Notes under the pieces: generated by a model
The model's database searches: none
What the model was told of the DNA's origin: nothing
What the model saw: the letters and a program-made list of their open reading frames with translations, nothing else
Source of the DNA: Bacteroidales bacterium
GTDB taxonomy: Bacteria; Bacteroidota; Bacteroidia; Bacteroidales; UBA12077
Assembly: GCA_028282585.1 (NCBI GenBank)
Contig: JANQHR010000047.1
Location: forward strand, 1-64,000
DNA length: 64,000 nt
Direction of reading: 5' to 3'
In this document: piece by piece, positions 1-10,698 of the stretch
Position numbering within the stretch: the first letter of the stretch is position 1
Layout: each line of letters begins with the position of its first letter
Translations under genes and position numbers: made by a program

Positions 1-98
1 TAAAAGGCTGTTACACAGAGAACCACAAAGAAGACACAAAGTTACTCAAAGTAAAAAATACGAACAAAATTTAACTATTGTACTTTTTGGACACCCCC
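1..98. mobile_element. Right part of a MITE-like element, truncated by the window edge; second copy at 51512-51672
   Basis: Nearly identical to 51575-51672; ends in TTTTTGGACACCCCC terminal repeat. Confidence 0.7.
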
Positions 99-215
99 AT
101 ATTATTGAAATTTTCAATAATACTTTAGCTGGTAATCAATGATTAGAATCTTGATTATTGCACGATTGATATGTATAAAATTTAAATTAGAAATGAATTT
201 AATCAATAACAAAAT

Positions 216-1742
216 ATGGAGGGCAACGCTATGAAAAAGTTTAGTTTATTATTAATTGCAGCTATTCTAGGCAGCGCCCTGACAATCGGTACATTTAAAC
301 TTATTGAAACTGATAATAGTAAATCATTAAAAATTGAACATATTTCAGAAACACCAGTTGTAGGAGCTGCCTATACAGTTAATCAAAACGGAGAAGTTGT
401 TCCGCTGCAATTTACTGATGTGGCAAAAAAGGTTATGCCTGCAGTGGTGAATATTAAATCAACGCAGTTATACAGAGTAAATAACAGAGAGTATCAGGAT
501 CCTTTTCGTCATTTTTTCGATGATGATATTTTCAAGCACTTTTTTGGCCCTGACTTTAGGTTTGAATCTCCACAACCACAGCAACGAGGCCCACAAGCAC
601 GTGTCGGAACAGGTTCAGGAGTAATAATTAATTCTGATGGATATATTGTTACAAATAACCATGTAATACACAATGCAGACGATATTGAAGTCACTTTAGA
701 TGATAATAGAGTATTTAAAGCAAAGGTTATAGGTACAGATCCATCAACAGACCTTGCATTAATTCAGATCAAAGAAAAGGATTTGCCCTATGTTTCTTTA
801 GTTAATTCGGATGAGGTGCAAGTTGGTGAATGGGTTCTTGCAATTGGAAATCCTTTTAATTTAAATTCTACTGTAACTGCGGGGATTGTTAGTGCCAAAG
901 GTCGAAATATAAACATATTACAAGATCAAAGTGCAATAGAATCATTTATCCAGACTGATGCGGCAATTAATCCTGGAAACAGTGGTGGAGCCTTAGTTAA
1001 TTTGAAAGGAGGATTGGTTGGAATCAATACAGCAATTGCCAGTCCTACTGGAGCATACGCTGGTTACGGATTTGCTGTGCCTGCTAACATAGTTTCTAAG
1101 GTAGTAGAAGATTTATTAAAATATGGTATGGTGCAAAGGGGGTATCTAGGATTAATGATACGCGATGTAGATGGTAATCTAGCTAAAGAAAAAGGCCTTA
1201 AAGTTACAGAAGGAGTATACGTTGATAGCATTGCGGCAAAAAGTGCAGCTGGCGATGTTGGTGTGAAAGAAAATGATGTTATAACTCATGTAAACAATAT
1301 TGAAGTTGAAACATCTGCTAAACTGCTTGAAGCAATTGGAAGACATCATCCTGGTGATGAAGTTATGCTTAAAGTAAACAGAGATGGAAAAGTAAAAGAA
1401 TTTAATGTTACACTAAGAAACCAGGAAGGTAAGACTAACTTTAGTGAGAAAGGATCTGAAGATATGCTTGAAATTTTAGGCGTAGAATTAGAAGAGATTG
1501 GTAAAGGCCTATCCAGAAAACTTGACATTGAAGGCGGCCTTAAAATAACTAAACTAACTATTGGTAAGTTGAGCAGGCATACTGCTGTTAAAGAAGGATT
1601 TATTATTACCAAAGTGGACGGCCAAAGTGTAAAAACCATTGAAAAACTCATAGAAATACTGGAAAGTAAAGAAGGTGGTGTTATGATAGAAGGTGTTTAC
1701 GAAGACTATCCAGGTAGCTATTACTATGCCTTTGGCTTGTAA
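216..1742 (+). CDS. htrA: Do/DegQ family (HtrA) serine endoprotease with two PDZ domains
   Basis: GSGVII, TNNHV, DLAL and TDAAINPGNSGG trypsin motifs; N-terminal anchor; C-terminal PDZ regions; start may be 231. Confidence 0.95.
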   Translation: MEGNAMKKFSLLLIAAILGSALTIGTFKLIETDNSKSLKIEHISETPVVGAAYTVNQNGEVVPLQFTDVAKKVMPAVVNIKSTQLYRVNNREYQDPFRHFFDDDIFKHFFGPDFRFESPQPQQRGPQARVGTGSGVIINSDGYIVTNNHVIHNADDIEVTLDDNRVFKAKVIGTDPSTDLALIQIKEKDLPYVSLVNSDEVQVGEWVLAIGNPFNLNSTVTAGIVSAKGRNINILQDQSAIESFIQTDAAINPGNSGGALVNLKGGLVGINTAIASPTGAYAGYGFAVPANIVSKVVEDLLKYGMVQRGYLGLMIRDVDGNLAKEKGLKVTEGVYVDSIAAKSAAGDVGVKENDVITHVNNIEVETSAKLLEAIGRHHPGDEVMLKVNRDGKVKEFNVTLRNQEGKTNFSEKGSEDMLEILGVELEEIGKGLSRKLDIEGGLKITKLTIGKLSRHTAVKEGFIITKVDGQSVKTIEKLIEILESKEGGVMIEGVYEDYPGSYYYAFGL

Positions 1743-1757
1743 ATAGCAGAATCTCTT

Positions 1758-1790
1758 AAACTATAATAGTAATTTCTCCTATTATAGTTT
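1758..1790 (+). terminator. Hairpin downstream of htrA
   Basis: AAACTATAATAG / CTATTATAGTTT inverted repeat. Confidence 0.6.
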
Positions 1791-1832
1791 TCCTAGTTAA
1801 AAACAGCTTAGAAATAACCTAAAGTTTACATT

Positions 1833-2030
1833 ATGTTTGAGATACAAAAGAAAGTTTTAAAAGGAGTAAGTAACGATCAAGAATTTTTTAAGAAAGAACT
1901 AATTAAATCACATGCATGGTTAAACTCTATGGAATTAAAACAACTAAAGGAATGGGTTATGAAAGAGTTCTATCATTTATATCCTGATACAATAAATGAA
2001 GTGTTTCAGTCTGAATATGATTATGTGTAG
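1833..2030 (+). CDS. Small hypothetical protein
   Basis: 65-aa ATG ORF with protein-like composition, co-oriented with neighbours. Confidence 0.7.
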   Translation: MFEIQKKVLKGVSNDQEFFKKELIKSHAWLNSMELKQLKEWVMKEFYHLYPDTINEVFQSEYDYV

Positions 2031-2119
2031 ATAATATCAAATCATAAGCCATTAAATAATCATGATTTAATCAGGGTTGCAGCATTGTGAAGTTTGTAAA
2101 ATAGTTAAATCATAAAGTC

Positions 2120-2323
2120 ATGAAAACTAAAGTCTTTTTTGAGAAATGTAAAGTATCGTGGATGCCGGGTTATTATATTCCTGTAAGAAATAGTTGGTCC
2201 TTTCATCTTAAAAAAGTACACTTGACTGGTAAGGAGAAAGAGCAATATGAGCGGGAATTTGGAGAAAAAATCCTTTATGATTATGAATTTGAAAAATGGC
2301 ATAACAACTTAGCAATTAATTAA
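2120..2323 (+). CDS. Small hypothetical protein
   Basis: 67-aa ATG ORF; more plausible than the antisense ORF 2105-2302. Confidence 0.6.
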   Translation: MKTKVFFEKCKVSWMPGYYIPVRNSWSFHLKKVHLTGKEKEQYEREFGEKILYDYEFEKWHNNLAIN

Positions 2324-2602
2324 AGAGTATAAAGGTAAATAACTTTCTTGCTCACAATTTTAAGAGATAAAGATTTGCGAGAGTTTTAGCTTATCTCAAT
2401 TTAAACAGACACCAAAACTTGTATGCCTTTACATAGCACCCAGTGTTATACACCATACGCAGAGCTATATACTTTTCTAGTTGGCACAGAACAAGTTTTG
2501 AAAAAAATGATTTTAAGTTTGTAAAATGAGATAGGCAAAAACACCAAAATCAAAAATAATTAAAGAAAAAATATTTAATTTGCTTAGAACATAATTTGAA
2601 AA

Positions 2603-3076
2603 ATGGATTATACAGAAATTTTAATTAAAATAAGAAGAATTGTTCGTTCAATGAATCTTGAATCTAAAAAGATTCAAAAAGAACATGGTGTTAGTATACC
2701 ACAAGTATTATGTTTAAACCATCTTAACAGTTGTCAAGATTTTCAGTCAACACATAAAGACATTCGCACGTATTTAAATTTAAATTCAAGTACAGTTACT
2801 GGAATAATTGACCGATTAGAAAAAAAAGGCTTAGTTGCAAGGCTTCCTAAGAAAGAAGATAAAAGAACTACCTATATCGCTCTTACTTCTCTTGGGGCTA
2901 AGTTATTAGAAAAAATACCTGCCTTATTACATGAGAGATTGTCAGTAAAATTAAAAAACTTACCAAAAGAAAAAATTGATGAATTGGATGATGCGTTAAA
3001 TGTTCTTATTCATTATTTGGACATTTCAGATGTTGATGCTTCACCGATGATTACAATTGAAGATAATTTAGCTTAA
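2603..3076 (+). CDS. MarR family transcriptional regulator (EctR/CosR-like)
   Basis: wHTH pattern STVTGIIDRLEKKGLV..DKR..LT..G. Confidence 0.9.
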   Translation: MDYTEILIKIRRIVRSMNLESKKIQKEHGVSIPQVLCLNHLNSCQDFQSTHKDIRTYLNLNSSTVTGIIDRLEKKGLVARLPKKEDKRTTYIALTSLGAKLLEKIPALLHERLSVKLKNLPKEKIDELDDALNVLIHYLDISDVDASPMITIEDNLA

Positions 3077-3177
3077 AATATAGTTTCTATACGACACATA
3101 TTAAGCTTTTAATATTCTACACGTCCTGAAAACCATTGTATTTATGGTTTATGTTTGGCGCTCCAATAAATTATTCA

Positions 3178-3185
3178 TAAATTTG
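3178..3185 (+). promoter_or_regulatory. Bacteroidota -7 promoter box for the GNAT/racemase operon
   Basis: TAAATTTG matches TAnnTTTG, ~110 bp upstream of the GNAT start. Confidence 0.5.
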
Positions 3186-3294
3186 TCGCATAGAAACAAA
3201 TAATTAATCGAAACATTGTAATTAATTCTTTTTATGTCTTTTATAAAAATCTTAACAGAAAACGTGTTGCATAGAACAATTAAATATTTTAGTT

Positions 3295-3738
3295 ATGTTA
3301 AAATTCAAAACTTACAATCCAAACACCAAAATGTCTACTTTGGAAAAACTAAATGCTACAGAATTTTTATTTAAACACTTAGAACAATATGGTGATGAAA
3401 AGCCTGATATCGAAAGATCAGTGCAATATGCATTAAAGGAAATACCATCTTTTGGTGGTTTTATCCTTGAAGGATATGATGAAAATGCAAATGTTGTAGG
3501 AACCGTTGTAATTAATCGTACAGGCATGGGTGGATATATCCCAGAAAACATCCTTGTTTATATAGCAGTTGATAACTCCCAAAGAGGGAAAGGTTATGGA
3601 AAGGATTTAATGAACAAAGCAATTGAATTGTGCGAAGGAGATATTGCCTTGCATGTTGAAAAAGATAATCCAGCCCGGTTTTTATACGAAAAAGTTGGAT
3701 TTACAAATCCTTATTTAGAAATGAGGTTAAAAAAATAA
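3295..3738 (+). CDS. GNAT family N-acetyltransferase
   Basis: Acetyl-CoA motif QRGKGYG and NPARFLYEKVGF. Confidence 0.9.
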   Translation: MLKFKTYNPNTKMSTLEKLNATEFLFKHLEQYGDEKPDIERSVQYALKEIPSFGGFILEGYDENANVVGTVVINRTGMGGYIPENILVYIAVDNSQRGKGYGKDLMNKAIELCEGDIALHVEKDNPARFLYEKVGFTNPYLEMRLKK

Positions 3739-3760
3739 TTATTAATCCAATTTCATATTT

Positions 3761-4906
3761 ATGCCAGCTTCTGTAATTGAACTTAGTCAGTCGGCTCTTC
3801 AAAATAATTTTACTTTTTTGAAAAAACAGTTTGAGAATACCAGGATTTCTTCTGTTGTCAAAGCAAACGCTTATGGGCACGGTTTAGAACCATATTTAAA
3901 AATGGCAGTTGATTGTGGTATAGATCACTTTTCGGTGTTTAGTTCCGATGAAGCTAAAAAGGTTAAAAACATTGTTAAGCAGCCAGTTGATATAATGATT
4001 ATGGGCTGGATTAATGATGAAGATATGGAATGGGTCATCTCAAATCAGATTGAGTTTTTTGTATTTAATAACGATCGTGTAGATAAATTCTTAGAGATTT
4101 CTAAACGACTTGGCATTCCAGCTAAAATTCATATTGAGCTTGAAACAGGAATGAACAGAACTGGATTTCACTCAAGAGAATTAAACCGCCTAATTAAAAA
4201 ACTGAGCGAAAATAAGCAGCACTTTCAATTTAAAGGCATTTGTACACATTTCGCCGGAGCAGAAAGTATAGCAAATTATAAAAGAATCCACGATCAGATC
4301 AAGAAATTTAAAGTATTACATAAGCGGTTTTTGAAGAATTTATTAATTCCAAAAACAAGGCATACGGCATGTAGTGCAGCTGCCCTATCGTATCCGAAAA
4401 CACAATTTGATATGGTTCGAATTGGGATTTTACAATATGGATTCTGGCCTAGTGTAGAAACTTATATACATTTTCTAACGCATAATAATATACAATCGGA
4501 TCCTTTAAAGCAGATATTAAGCTGGACATCAGTTATTATGTCAATTAAAAAAGTAAAAACAGGTGAGTTTGTTAGCTATGGAACCAGCTACCTGGCTCAA
4601 AAAGATATGAAAATTGCTTTAATTCCGGTTGGATATTCTCAAGGATATGCTAGAAATCTTAGTAATCAGGGTAGAGTAATCATTAACGGCCAACGGGTTG
4701 GTGTAATTGGAATGGTTAATATGAATATGTTAATAGCAGATGTAACTACCATTGATAAAGTAAATATAGGAGATAAAGTTGTACTTATTGGTGCACAGGG
4801 AGATATATCTATTAATGTATCATCGTTTACTGAAATGAGTGATCAATTAAACTATGAATTATTAACAAGATTACCAGTGGAAATTCCAAGAGTAATCACA
4901 AAATAA
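3761..4906 (+). CDS. alr: Alanine racemase (PLP, fold III)
   Basis: VVKANAYGHG PLP-lysine motif, ETGMNRTG, VSYG and GYSQG motifs. Confidence 0.9.
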   Translation: MPASVIELSQSALQNNFTFLKKQFENTRISSVVKANAYGHGLEPYLKMAVDCGIDHFSVFSSDEAKKVKNIVKQPVDIMIMGWINDEDMEWVISNQIEFFVFNNDRVDKFLEISKRLGIPAKIHIELETGMNRTGFHSRELNRLIKKLSENKQHFQFKGICTHFAGAESIANYKRIHDQIKKFKVLHKRFLKNLLIPKTRHTACSAAALSYPKTQFDMVRIGILQYGFWPSVETYIHFLTHNNIQSDPLKQILSWTSVIMSIKKVKTGEFVSYGTSYLAQKDMKIALIPVGYSQGYARNLSNQGRVIINGQRVGVIGMVNMNMLIADVTTIDKVNIGDKVVLIGAQGDISINVSSFTEMSDQLNYELLTRLPVEIPRVITK

Positions 4907-4911
4907 TACTT

Positions 4912-5982
4912 ATGGCTTTTATAGTCTTAAATAGAGAAAAGTTAGCACATAACTTTACATTTTTAAATAAATTATTTAAAAAGCATAATATTGAATGGGC
5001 TGTTGTTTCCAAAATATTATGTGGAAATAAATCTTACATTCAAGAGGTAATTAATCTTGGTATAAAGCAGATATGTGATTCCAGGGTTACTAATCTAAAA
5101 GTAATAAAATCCATTGATCCAAATATTGAGACCGTATATATTAAACCACCTGCAAAAAGATCATTAAAAAGCATTGTAAAATATGCTGATATAACAGTAA
5201 ACACTGAGTTTGCCACGATTAAGCTTTTGAATGAAGAAGCTAAAAGAATGAAAAAGATCCATAAGATTATGATAATGATTGAAATGGGCGAGCTTCGAGA
5301 AGGAGTAATGGGAGAAGATTTTATTGCATTTTACGAATCTGTATTTAAACTATCAAATATCGAAGTTGTTGGTATTGGTACAAATCTAACTTGTTTATAT
5401 GGAGTGTTGCCAAATCAAGATAAATTAATTCAACTCAGTCTTTATGAGCAATTAATTGAAGCAAAATTTAACAAAAACATTTCGTATGTATCAGGAGGGT
5501 CATCTGTTACAATTCCATTAGTTTTTAAAGGTTTATTGCCAAGAAGTATTAACCATTTTAGAGTTGGGGAAACACTTTTTCTTGGTACTGATGTATATAA
5601 CGATAGTACCATCAGAAATATGGAACATAACGTTTTTCAGTTTTTTGCTGAAATAATTGAATTATCTGAGAAACCAATTGTTCCAAGTGGTGAAATGGGA
5701 ACTAATGTTGAAGGATCTGAATTTAATTTTGATGATAGTGATGTTGGTAAAAGTTCTTGTAGAGCTATTTTGGATATTGGATTACTTGATGTTGAAGAAA
5801 AGCATTTACAACCAAAAGACAATGAAATAGAAATAGCAGGTTCAAGCTCAGATATGATTGTTTTGGATTTAGGAAAAAATCCTAAGAAATACAAAGTGGG
5901 TGATTTGATTGAGTTCTCGCTTAATTATATGGGAACGTTAAGTGTATTGAATTCTAAATATATTGAGAAAAGAGTTAAATGA
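4912..5982 (+). CDS. Alanine/ornithine racemase-like PLP enzyme (YhfX/Orr-like)
   Basis: VVSK PLP lysine, DSR, EMGELREG, SGGSS, FRVGE and SSDM motifs. Confidence 0.8.
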   Translation: MAFIVLNREKLAHNFTFLNKLFKKHNIEWAVVSKILCGNKSYIQEVINLGIKQICDSRVTNLKVIKSIDPNIETVYIKPPAKRSLKSIVKYADITVNTEFATIKLLNEEAKRMKKIHKIMIMIEMGELREGVMGEDFIAFYESVFKLSNIEVVGIGTNLTCLYGVLPNQDKLIQLSLYEQLIEAKFNKNISYVSGGSSVTIPLVFKGLLPRSINHFRVGETLFLGTDVYNDSTIRNMEHNVFQFFAEIIELSEKPIVPSGEMGTNVEGSEFNFDDSDVGKSSCRAILDIGLLDVEEKHLQPKDNEIEIAGSSSDMIVLDLGKNPKKYKVGDLIEFSLNYMGTLSVLNSKYIEKRVK

Positions 5983-5992
5983 AAAAAATGAT

Positions 5993-6244
5993 ATGATAGA
6001 TAAAGAACCAAATAAGACTCAAATAAAAGAAATTCTAAACAATCCAGTAAAACAAAGAATTATTAGGAGATTAAAAGCAAATGGCAGATCTAATTTTAGT
6101 AGATTAATAAAAGATTTGTCATTGAGTGCGCGAGACGGTGTTGCTCATATTGTTGAATTAAAGAATATAGGAATAGTCTATTATGTTAAAAACTCTTCTT
6201 TAATTGAATTGAACTTAGAATTTTTAAACTCAATTGAAAAATAA
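5993..6244 (+). CDS. Small winged-HTH protein (ArsR-like)
   Basis: NPVKQRIIRRL...HIVELKNIGIV pattern; ATG at 5993 preferred to TTG at 5963. Confidence 0.6.
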   Translation: MIDKEPNKTQIKEILNNPVKQRIIRRLKANGRSNFSRLIKDLSLSARDGVAHIVELKNIGIVYYVKNSSLIELNLEFLNSIEK

Positions 6245-6270
6245 ATCATTAATATTTAAAAATATTGATT

Positions 6271-6447
6271 ATGGATTTTCCGGCAGAAGTAGTTTTCAAG
6301 GTTTTATATAAAAAACATTGTCCTTATACAAATAAGTGTTCATATTATGAAACACTTACAAAAAGCAAACCAAAGGATATTGTATGCGAGAAAGGATATA
6401 AAATCTATAAAGAATGTGAATTATATAAAAATTTTAGAGAGAAATAG
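6271..6447 (+). CDS. Small Cys-containing hypothetical protein
   Basis: Four Cys (CPYTNKC...C...C); lies within the operon. Confidence 0.5.
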   Translation: MDFPAEVVFKVLYKKHCPYTNKCSYYETLTKSKPKDIVCEKGYKIYKECELYKNFREK

Positions 6448-6474
6448 GTTAATAATTAATAAACAGTTCATTAA

Positions 6475-7887
6475 ATGCATTGGATCGATATTGTAATATT
6501 TATTTGTTATTTCTTTTTTTTAATAGGAATCGGATTCTATTTTTTTCGGAAGAATACCAGTACTGACGAATATTATGTTGGAGACAGAAATATTAAGAGT
6601 TGGCATATTGGTCTATCTGTAGTTGCTACAGACGTTGGTGGTGGTTTTTCAATAGGTTTGGGAGGACTTGGTTTTGCATTAGGAATTTCAGGTTCATGGA
6701 TGTTATTTACAGGTTTGTTGGGTGCTTGGCTAAGTGCAATTTTTCTTATCCCTAAAGTTTACCCTTTGTCTTCAAAATTAAGACTATTAACATTTCCACA
6801 GATTTTTTTAAAGCTTTCCGGGAAAAAGGTTTTTTATGCTGCAGCTGTAATTACAACAATTGGATACATTGGTTTTACAAGTTCCCAAATATTAGCAGGA
6901 GCAAAATTAGCATCGGCAGCGTTTTCTGCGATTAATTTAAAATATGCAATTATTTTAATGGGAATTATAGTAGTAGTTTATACATCGCTGGGTGGTATTA
7001 AAGCTGTAATTTATACGGATACATTACAATGGATTATCTTATTAATTGGACTAATTTTAGTCGGTATTCCTTTGGGATATATTAGCATTAATAAAGAAGT
7101 ATCCATGTTTGAAGTGCTACCCAAAGAGTTTTTTTCATTTACAAATATTTCCTGGAAGACATTTTTTAATTGGTTAATAACCATATTACCAATATGGTTT
7201 GTTGGTATGACTTTATACCAAAGAATTTATGCATCTAAAGATTTGAAATCAGCTAAAAAAGCATGGTACTTGGCTGGTATACTTGAATATCCTTTTATGG
7301 CTTTTTTAGGGGTTGTTTTAGGTTTATTTGCCAGAGTGGGTGCTGAGATTGGATTGTATGAAGTAATTGGAGGCTCAGTTGCTAATATGGATCCTGAAAT
7401 GGGATTACCAATTTTTCTAAAAACAATACTACCAGTTGGATTTTTAGGAATTATGTTAGCTGCTTATTTTTCTGCAATCATGTCAACTGCCGATAGTTGT
7501 TTAATTGCTGCATCAGGTGCAATGACAAATGATTTATTTGGGATTCGTAAAGATAAATCACTAAAGGCTTTTCAAATAATAACTCTACTTATTGGAATTG
7601 CTGCAGTTTATCTGGCTATGTCAATGACCAATGTATTAGAGATGATGTTGTATTCATATTCCATAATGGTTTCTGGATTATTAATACCTGTGTTAGCAAT
7701 ATTTTATTCCAAGCAAATAAATGAAAATGCAATATTTGGGTCAATGGTAACGGGTGGTGCTGTTACATTAATTTTGAGTTTAATGAATCTTAATTTGTAT
7801 GGGATTGATGAGAATTTCTACGGTATTGGCTCATCTTTAATTGTGTTTATTTTATTATCTAATATTAATAAAGTAAGTAAAATTTAA
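6475..7887 (+). CDS. Sodium:solute symporter family protein
   Basis: ~13 TM segments; YTSLGGIKAVIYTD and SAIMSTADS motifs. Confidence 0.92.
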   Translation: MHWIDIVIFICYFFFLIGIGFYFFRKNTSTDEYYVGDRNIKSWHIGLSVVATDVGGGFSIGLGGLGFALGISGSWMLFTGLLGAWLSAIFLIPKVYPLSSKLRLLTFPQIFLKLSGKKVFYAAAVITTIGYIGFTSSQILAGAKLASAAFSAINLKYAIILMGIIVVVYTSLGGIKAVIYTDTLQWIILLIGLILVGIPLGYISINKEVSMFEVLPKEFFSFTNISWKTFFNWLITILPIWFVGMTLYQRIYASKDLKSAKKAWYLAGILEYPFMAFLGVVLGLFARVGAEIGLYEVIGGSVANMDPEMGLPIFLKTILPVGFLGIMLAAYFSAIMSTADSCLIAASGAMTNDLFGIRKDKSLKAFQIITLLIGIAAVYLAMSMTNVLEMMLYSYSIMVSGLLIPVLAIFYSKQINENAIFGSMVTGGAVTLILSLMNLNLYGIDENFYGIGSSLIVFILLSNINKVSKI

Positions 7888-8078
7888 ACTTTTTGCTAAA
7901 AGATAGTTTGCCAATGTGTTTGTATTAAAATTTTTATTTTTTCCTAGTATAATATATTGTAATTTGCAGAAATGGTTGATAATAAATAATTAAGATATCA
8001 GCATAAATGAATACGCATCTTTAGGTGAAATTCTGATAAAAGTTGAAATATTACATTTGATAAATAATTTTAGAACTA

Positions 8079-8834
8079 ATGAATATAAATCTAGCTGTAT
8101 TAATTGATGGTGATAATATTCCATCAGTTTTTGTGAAAGAAATGATGGAAGAAATTGCTAAATATGGAAATCCAACTATTTAAAGAATCTATGGGGACTG
8201 GACAAAACCTAATTTGTCTAAATGGAAAAATATACTTTTAGAGAATGCAATCACGCCAATTCAACAGTATAGCTATACATCAGGGAAAAATGCTACAGAT
8301 TCTGCGATGATAATTGACGCTATGGATATATTATATTCAGAAAAAGTAAACGGATTTTGTATAGTATCAAGTGACAGTGATTTTACCAGGTTAGCGACTC
8401 GTTTAAGAGAAGCAGGTATGCAGGTAATAGGAATTGGTGAGAAAAAGACACCAAATCCATTTATTGTGGCATGTGACAAATTTATATACATTGAAATACT
8501 GAAAACTAAAACAAAAGAAAAAGCTTCTGAGGATGAGAAAGAACTCGACAAAGAAACTTTTGATAAAATTAGTTTAAAGGAGATAAAACTAATTGCAACA
8601 ACAATTACAGATTTATCAGACGATGATGGATGGGCATTTTTAGGCGATGTTGGAAGTTTATTGCAAAAGAAACGACCAAACTTTGACCCTAGAAACTATG
8701 GTTTTCAAAAATTGACCCCATTAATCCATTCAATAGGAAAGTTTGAAATTGAGCAAAGAGAAAGTCAAAAAGGTAAGTCGAAGTTAATTTACGTTAGAAA
8801 TAAAGAAAAGTACATAGCACGAACTAATAAATAA
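8079..8834 (+). pseudogene. NYN (LabA/DUF88) domain protein with C-terminal OST-HTH, interrupted by a nonsense codon
   Basis: ATG 8079 gives MNINLAVLIDGDNIP...GNPTI, then TAA at 8181-8183, then RIYGDW in the same frame as ORF 8214; GKNATD and SSDSDF motifs. Confidence 0.85.
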
Positions 8835-8894
8835 TCGCAATAGATAATAGATTACCCTAAATGAAAATTTATTATTAATTAACACATAAAATCT

Positions 8895-9431
8895 ATGAAA
8901 ACATATTTACAACTTTACAATCCATGGATAATAGGACTCTATGGGTTAATAATGTTTATATTTGGAATAGTATCAATTATTTATTCTGAATTAACATTAG
9001 GCTTAATAACACGCTTTTTTGGAATACTATTATTACTTAGTGGAGTTTTCTATGTACTACTTATAAAATTTAAGTCTGGCAATCTTCCAGACTATTGGTT
9101 GTATGAAGGATTAGTGCATATTGGCTTAGGATTATTATTCATAATAATCCCTAATATAGTAGCTAATATTTTTGTTATTATCATAGGTGTAATTTCATTA
9201 ATAATAGGAATTAAAAATATATGGTTTTTAACTAGAAATAAACCTAATTTTATGAAGCTTACACTAATACGGAATCTAATTTTAGTAATATTGGGGCTAC
9301 TTCTAGTATTTGTACCTTTTAAAAGTGCTGTTGTAATTATTAATGTAATAGGCCTGGTAGCAATATTCTATGGAGCAGTTACATTATATACTTCATATAA
9401 ACTTTTTGGACTTAAGAAAGAGAAAGATTAA
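8895..9431 (+). CDS. HdeD/DUF308 family membrane protein
   Basis: Six short TM helices in the repeated DUF308-like pattern. Confidence 0.75.
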   Translation: MKTYLQLYNPWIIGLYGLIMFIFGIVSIIYSELTLGLITRFFGILLLLSGVFYVLLIKFKSGNLPDYWLYEGLVHIGLGLLFIIIPNIVANIFVIIIGVISLIIGIKNIWFLTRNKPNFMKLTLIRNLILVILGLLLVFVPFKSAVVIINVIGLVAIFYGAVTLYTSYKLFGLKKEKD

Positions 9432-9440
9432 AGATATATA

Positions 9441-10394
9441 TTAAAACCATTTTTTTCTTTTAAAGTAAATTATAGGTAATATAAAACTCAAAATCATTAT
9501 AAGAACAATAAGTGGGTACCCAAAGCTCCATTTTAATTCTGGCATATGCAAAAAATTCATTCCATAAATTCCAGCAATTAATGTAGGTAACGAAATACAA
9601 ACTGTAATTATAGTTAATATTTTAAATATTTTGTTTTGCTCTAATTCAATCTTACTATTAATGTTTTCTTTTAAATCATCAAGTCTGTTAAAGTTGTACT
9701 GTAAATATTCACTAATAACTTTCAGGTCATATATTTCTTCGGTTAGCTTATTAAACTTTTCGTTTTTATAGTTTTGACTTCTTTTTAATAAATATAATAT
9801 ACGTTGGAATTCTGAAAGCGATTCTCTTATTAAAAGGTTGTTAAAATTCAGTTCAGTAATAATATCTAAGTCTTCATCACTGAACTGTGTTGAATTAAGA
9901 GTTTTCTGAAAAAGGTCTTTGATTTTCTTTGAAACTAACTCAACAATATCAGCATAATAATCTGATATTACACCAAGTTGAGAAAGAAAAAGCTGTTGAA
10001 ACGACTCAAAGCTGGTATTTTCGAAATCATATCTAGATTTGGTTAGGAGATGCAGGCTTTTTTCGATTTCTGAAGATATAAATGAAAAAACCACGTCATT
10101 TTTAATCAATATATATACATCATTTTCTTCAAAATAATTATCTGAAGAATAGTGTGGAATTGTAAAATTTAAGGATAGTTGATCTGATGTTTCAATAAAA
10201 TGGGAACTTATCTCAATATCTTCCTTTTTACTAAAAGTAGTTATATCAAGATCAAATTTTTCAGAAATATTGATCAAATTTGCCTGGTTGAAATCAATAA
10301 AACGAATACCAAATACTTCTTCTGAATCATATTCGATTTGAGCTAAAGATTCAAACTTCTTTTTTTTATTATTTTTAAAGTAAACTTCAATCAT
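9441..10394 (-). CDS. corA: CorA family Mg2+/Co2+ transporter
   Basis: YGMNF signature, MPEL loop, two C-terminal TMs, KKWF end. Confidence 0.93.
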   Translation of the reverse strand: MIEVYFKNNKKKKFESLAQIEYDSEEVFGIRFIDFNQANLINISEKFDLDITTFSKKEDIEISSHFIETSDQLSLNFTIPHYSSDNYFEENDVYILIKNDVVFSFISSEIEKSLHLLTKSRYDFENTSFESFQQLFLSQLGVISDYYADIVELVSKKIKDLFQKTLNSTQFSDEDLDIITELNFNNLLIRESLSEFQRILYLLKRSQNYKNEKFNKLTEEIYDLKVISEYLQYNFNRLDDLKENINSKIELEQNKIFKILTIITVCISLPTLIAGIYGMNFLHMPELKWSFGYPLIVLIMILSFILPIIYFKRKKWF

Positions 10395-10613
10395 TTTATT
10401 ATAACATTTTTACCTGGACGGTAATTACTTTGAGGTTTCGTATGTTCAGTTTAAAAGCAAATTACGAAATTTTATTGCAATTACTTAAATTATAACATCT
10501 AATAACTTTCAATTTACATTATAAATCTTGTAACATGCTAATTTTATTTTAGTTAAAAAGAGTTTAATTAATGCTTTTGTTTGCCAGATTCATCAAGCTA
10601 ATCCAATTAATTA

Positions 10614-10698
10614 TGCCTATAGCTCTTTTGCGAAGCCAAATGTACTCTAGTAAAATACATCGCAGCCGACACGACAGGCTGCTAAAAGAGGCGGGAAG
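10614..10698. ncRNA. Candidate structured RNA in the corA-clpB intergenic region
   Basis: GC-rich island: CTCTTTT/AAAAGAG closing stem around two hairpins (ATGTA..TACAT; GCAGCC..GGCTGC). Confidence 0.45.
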
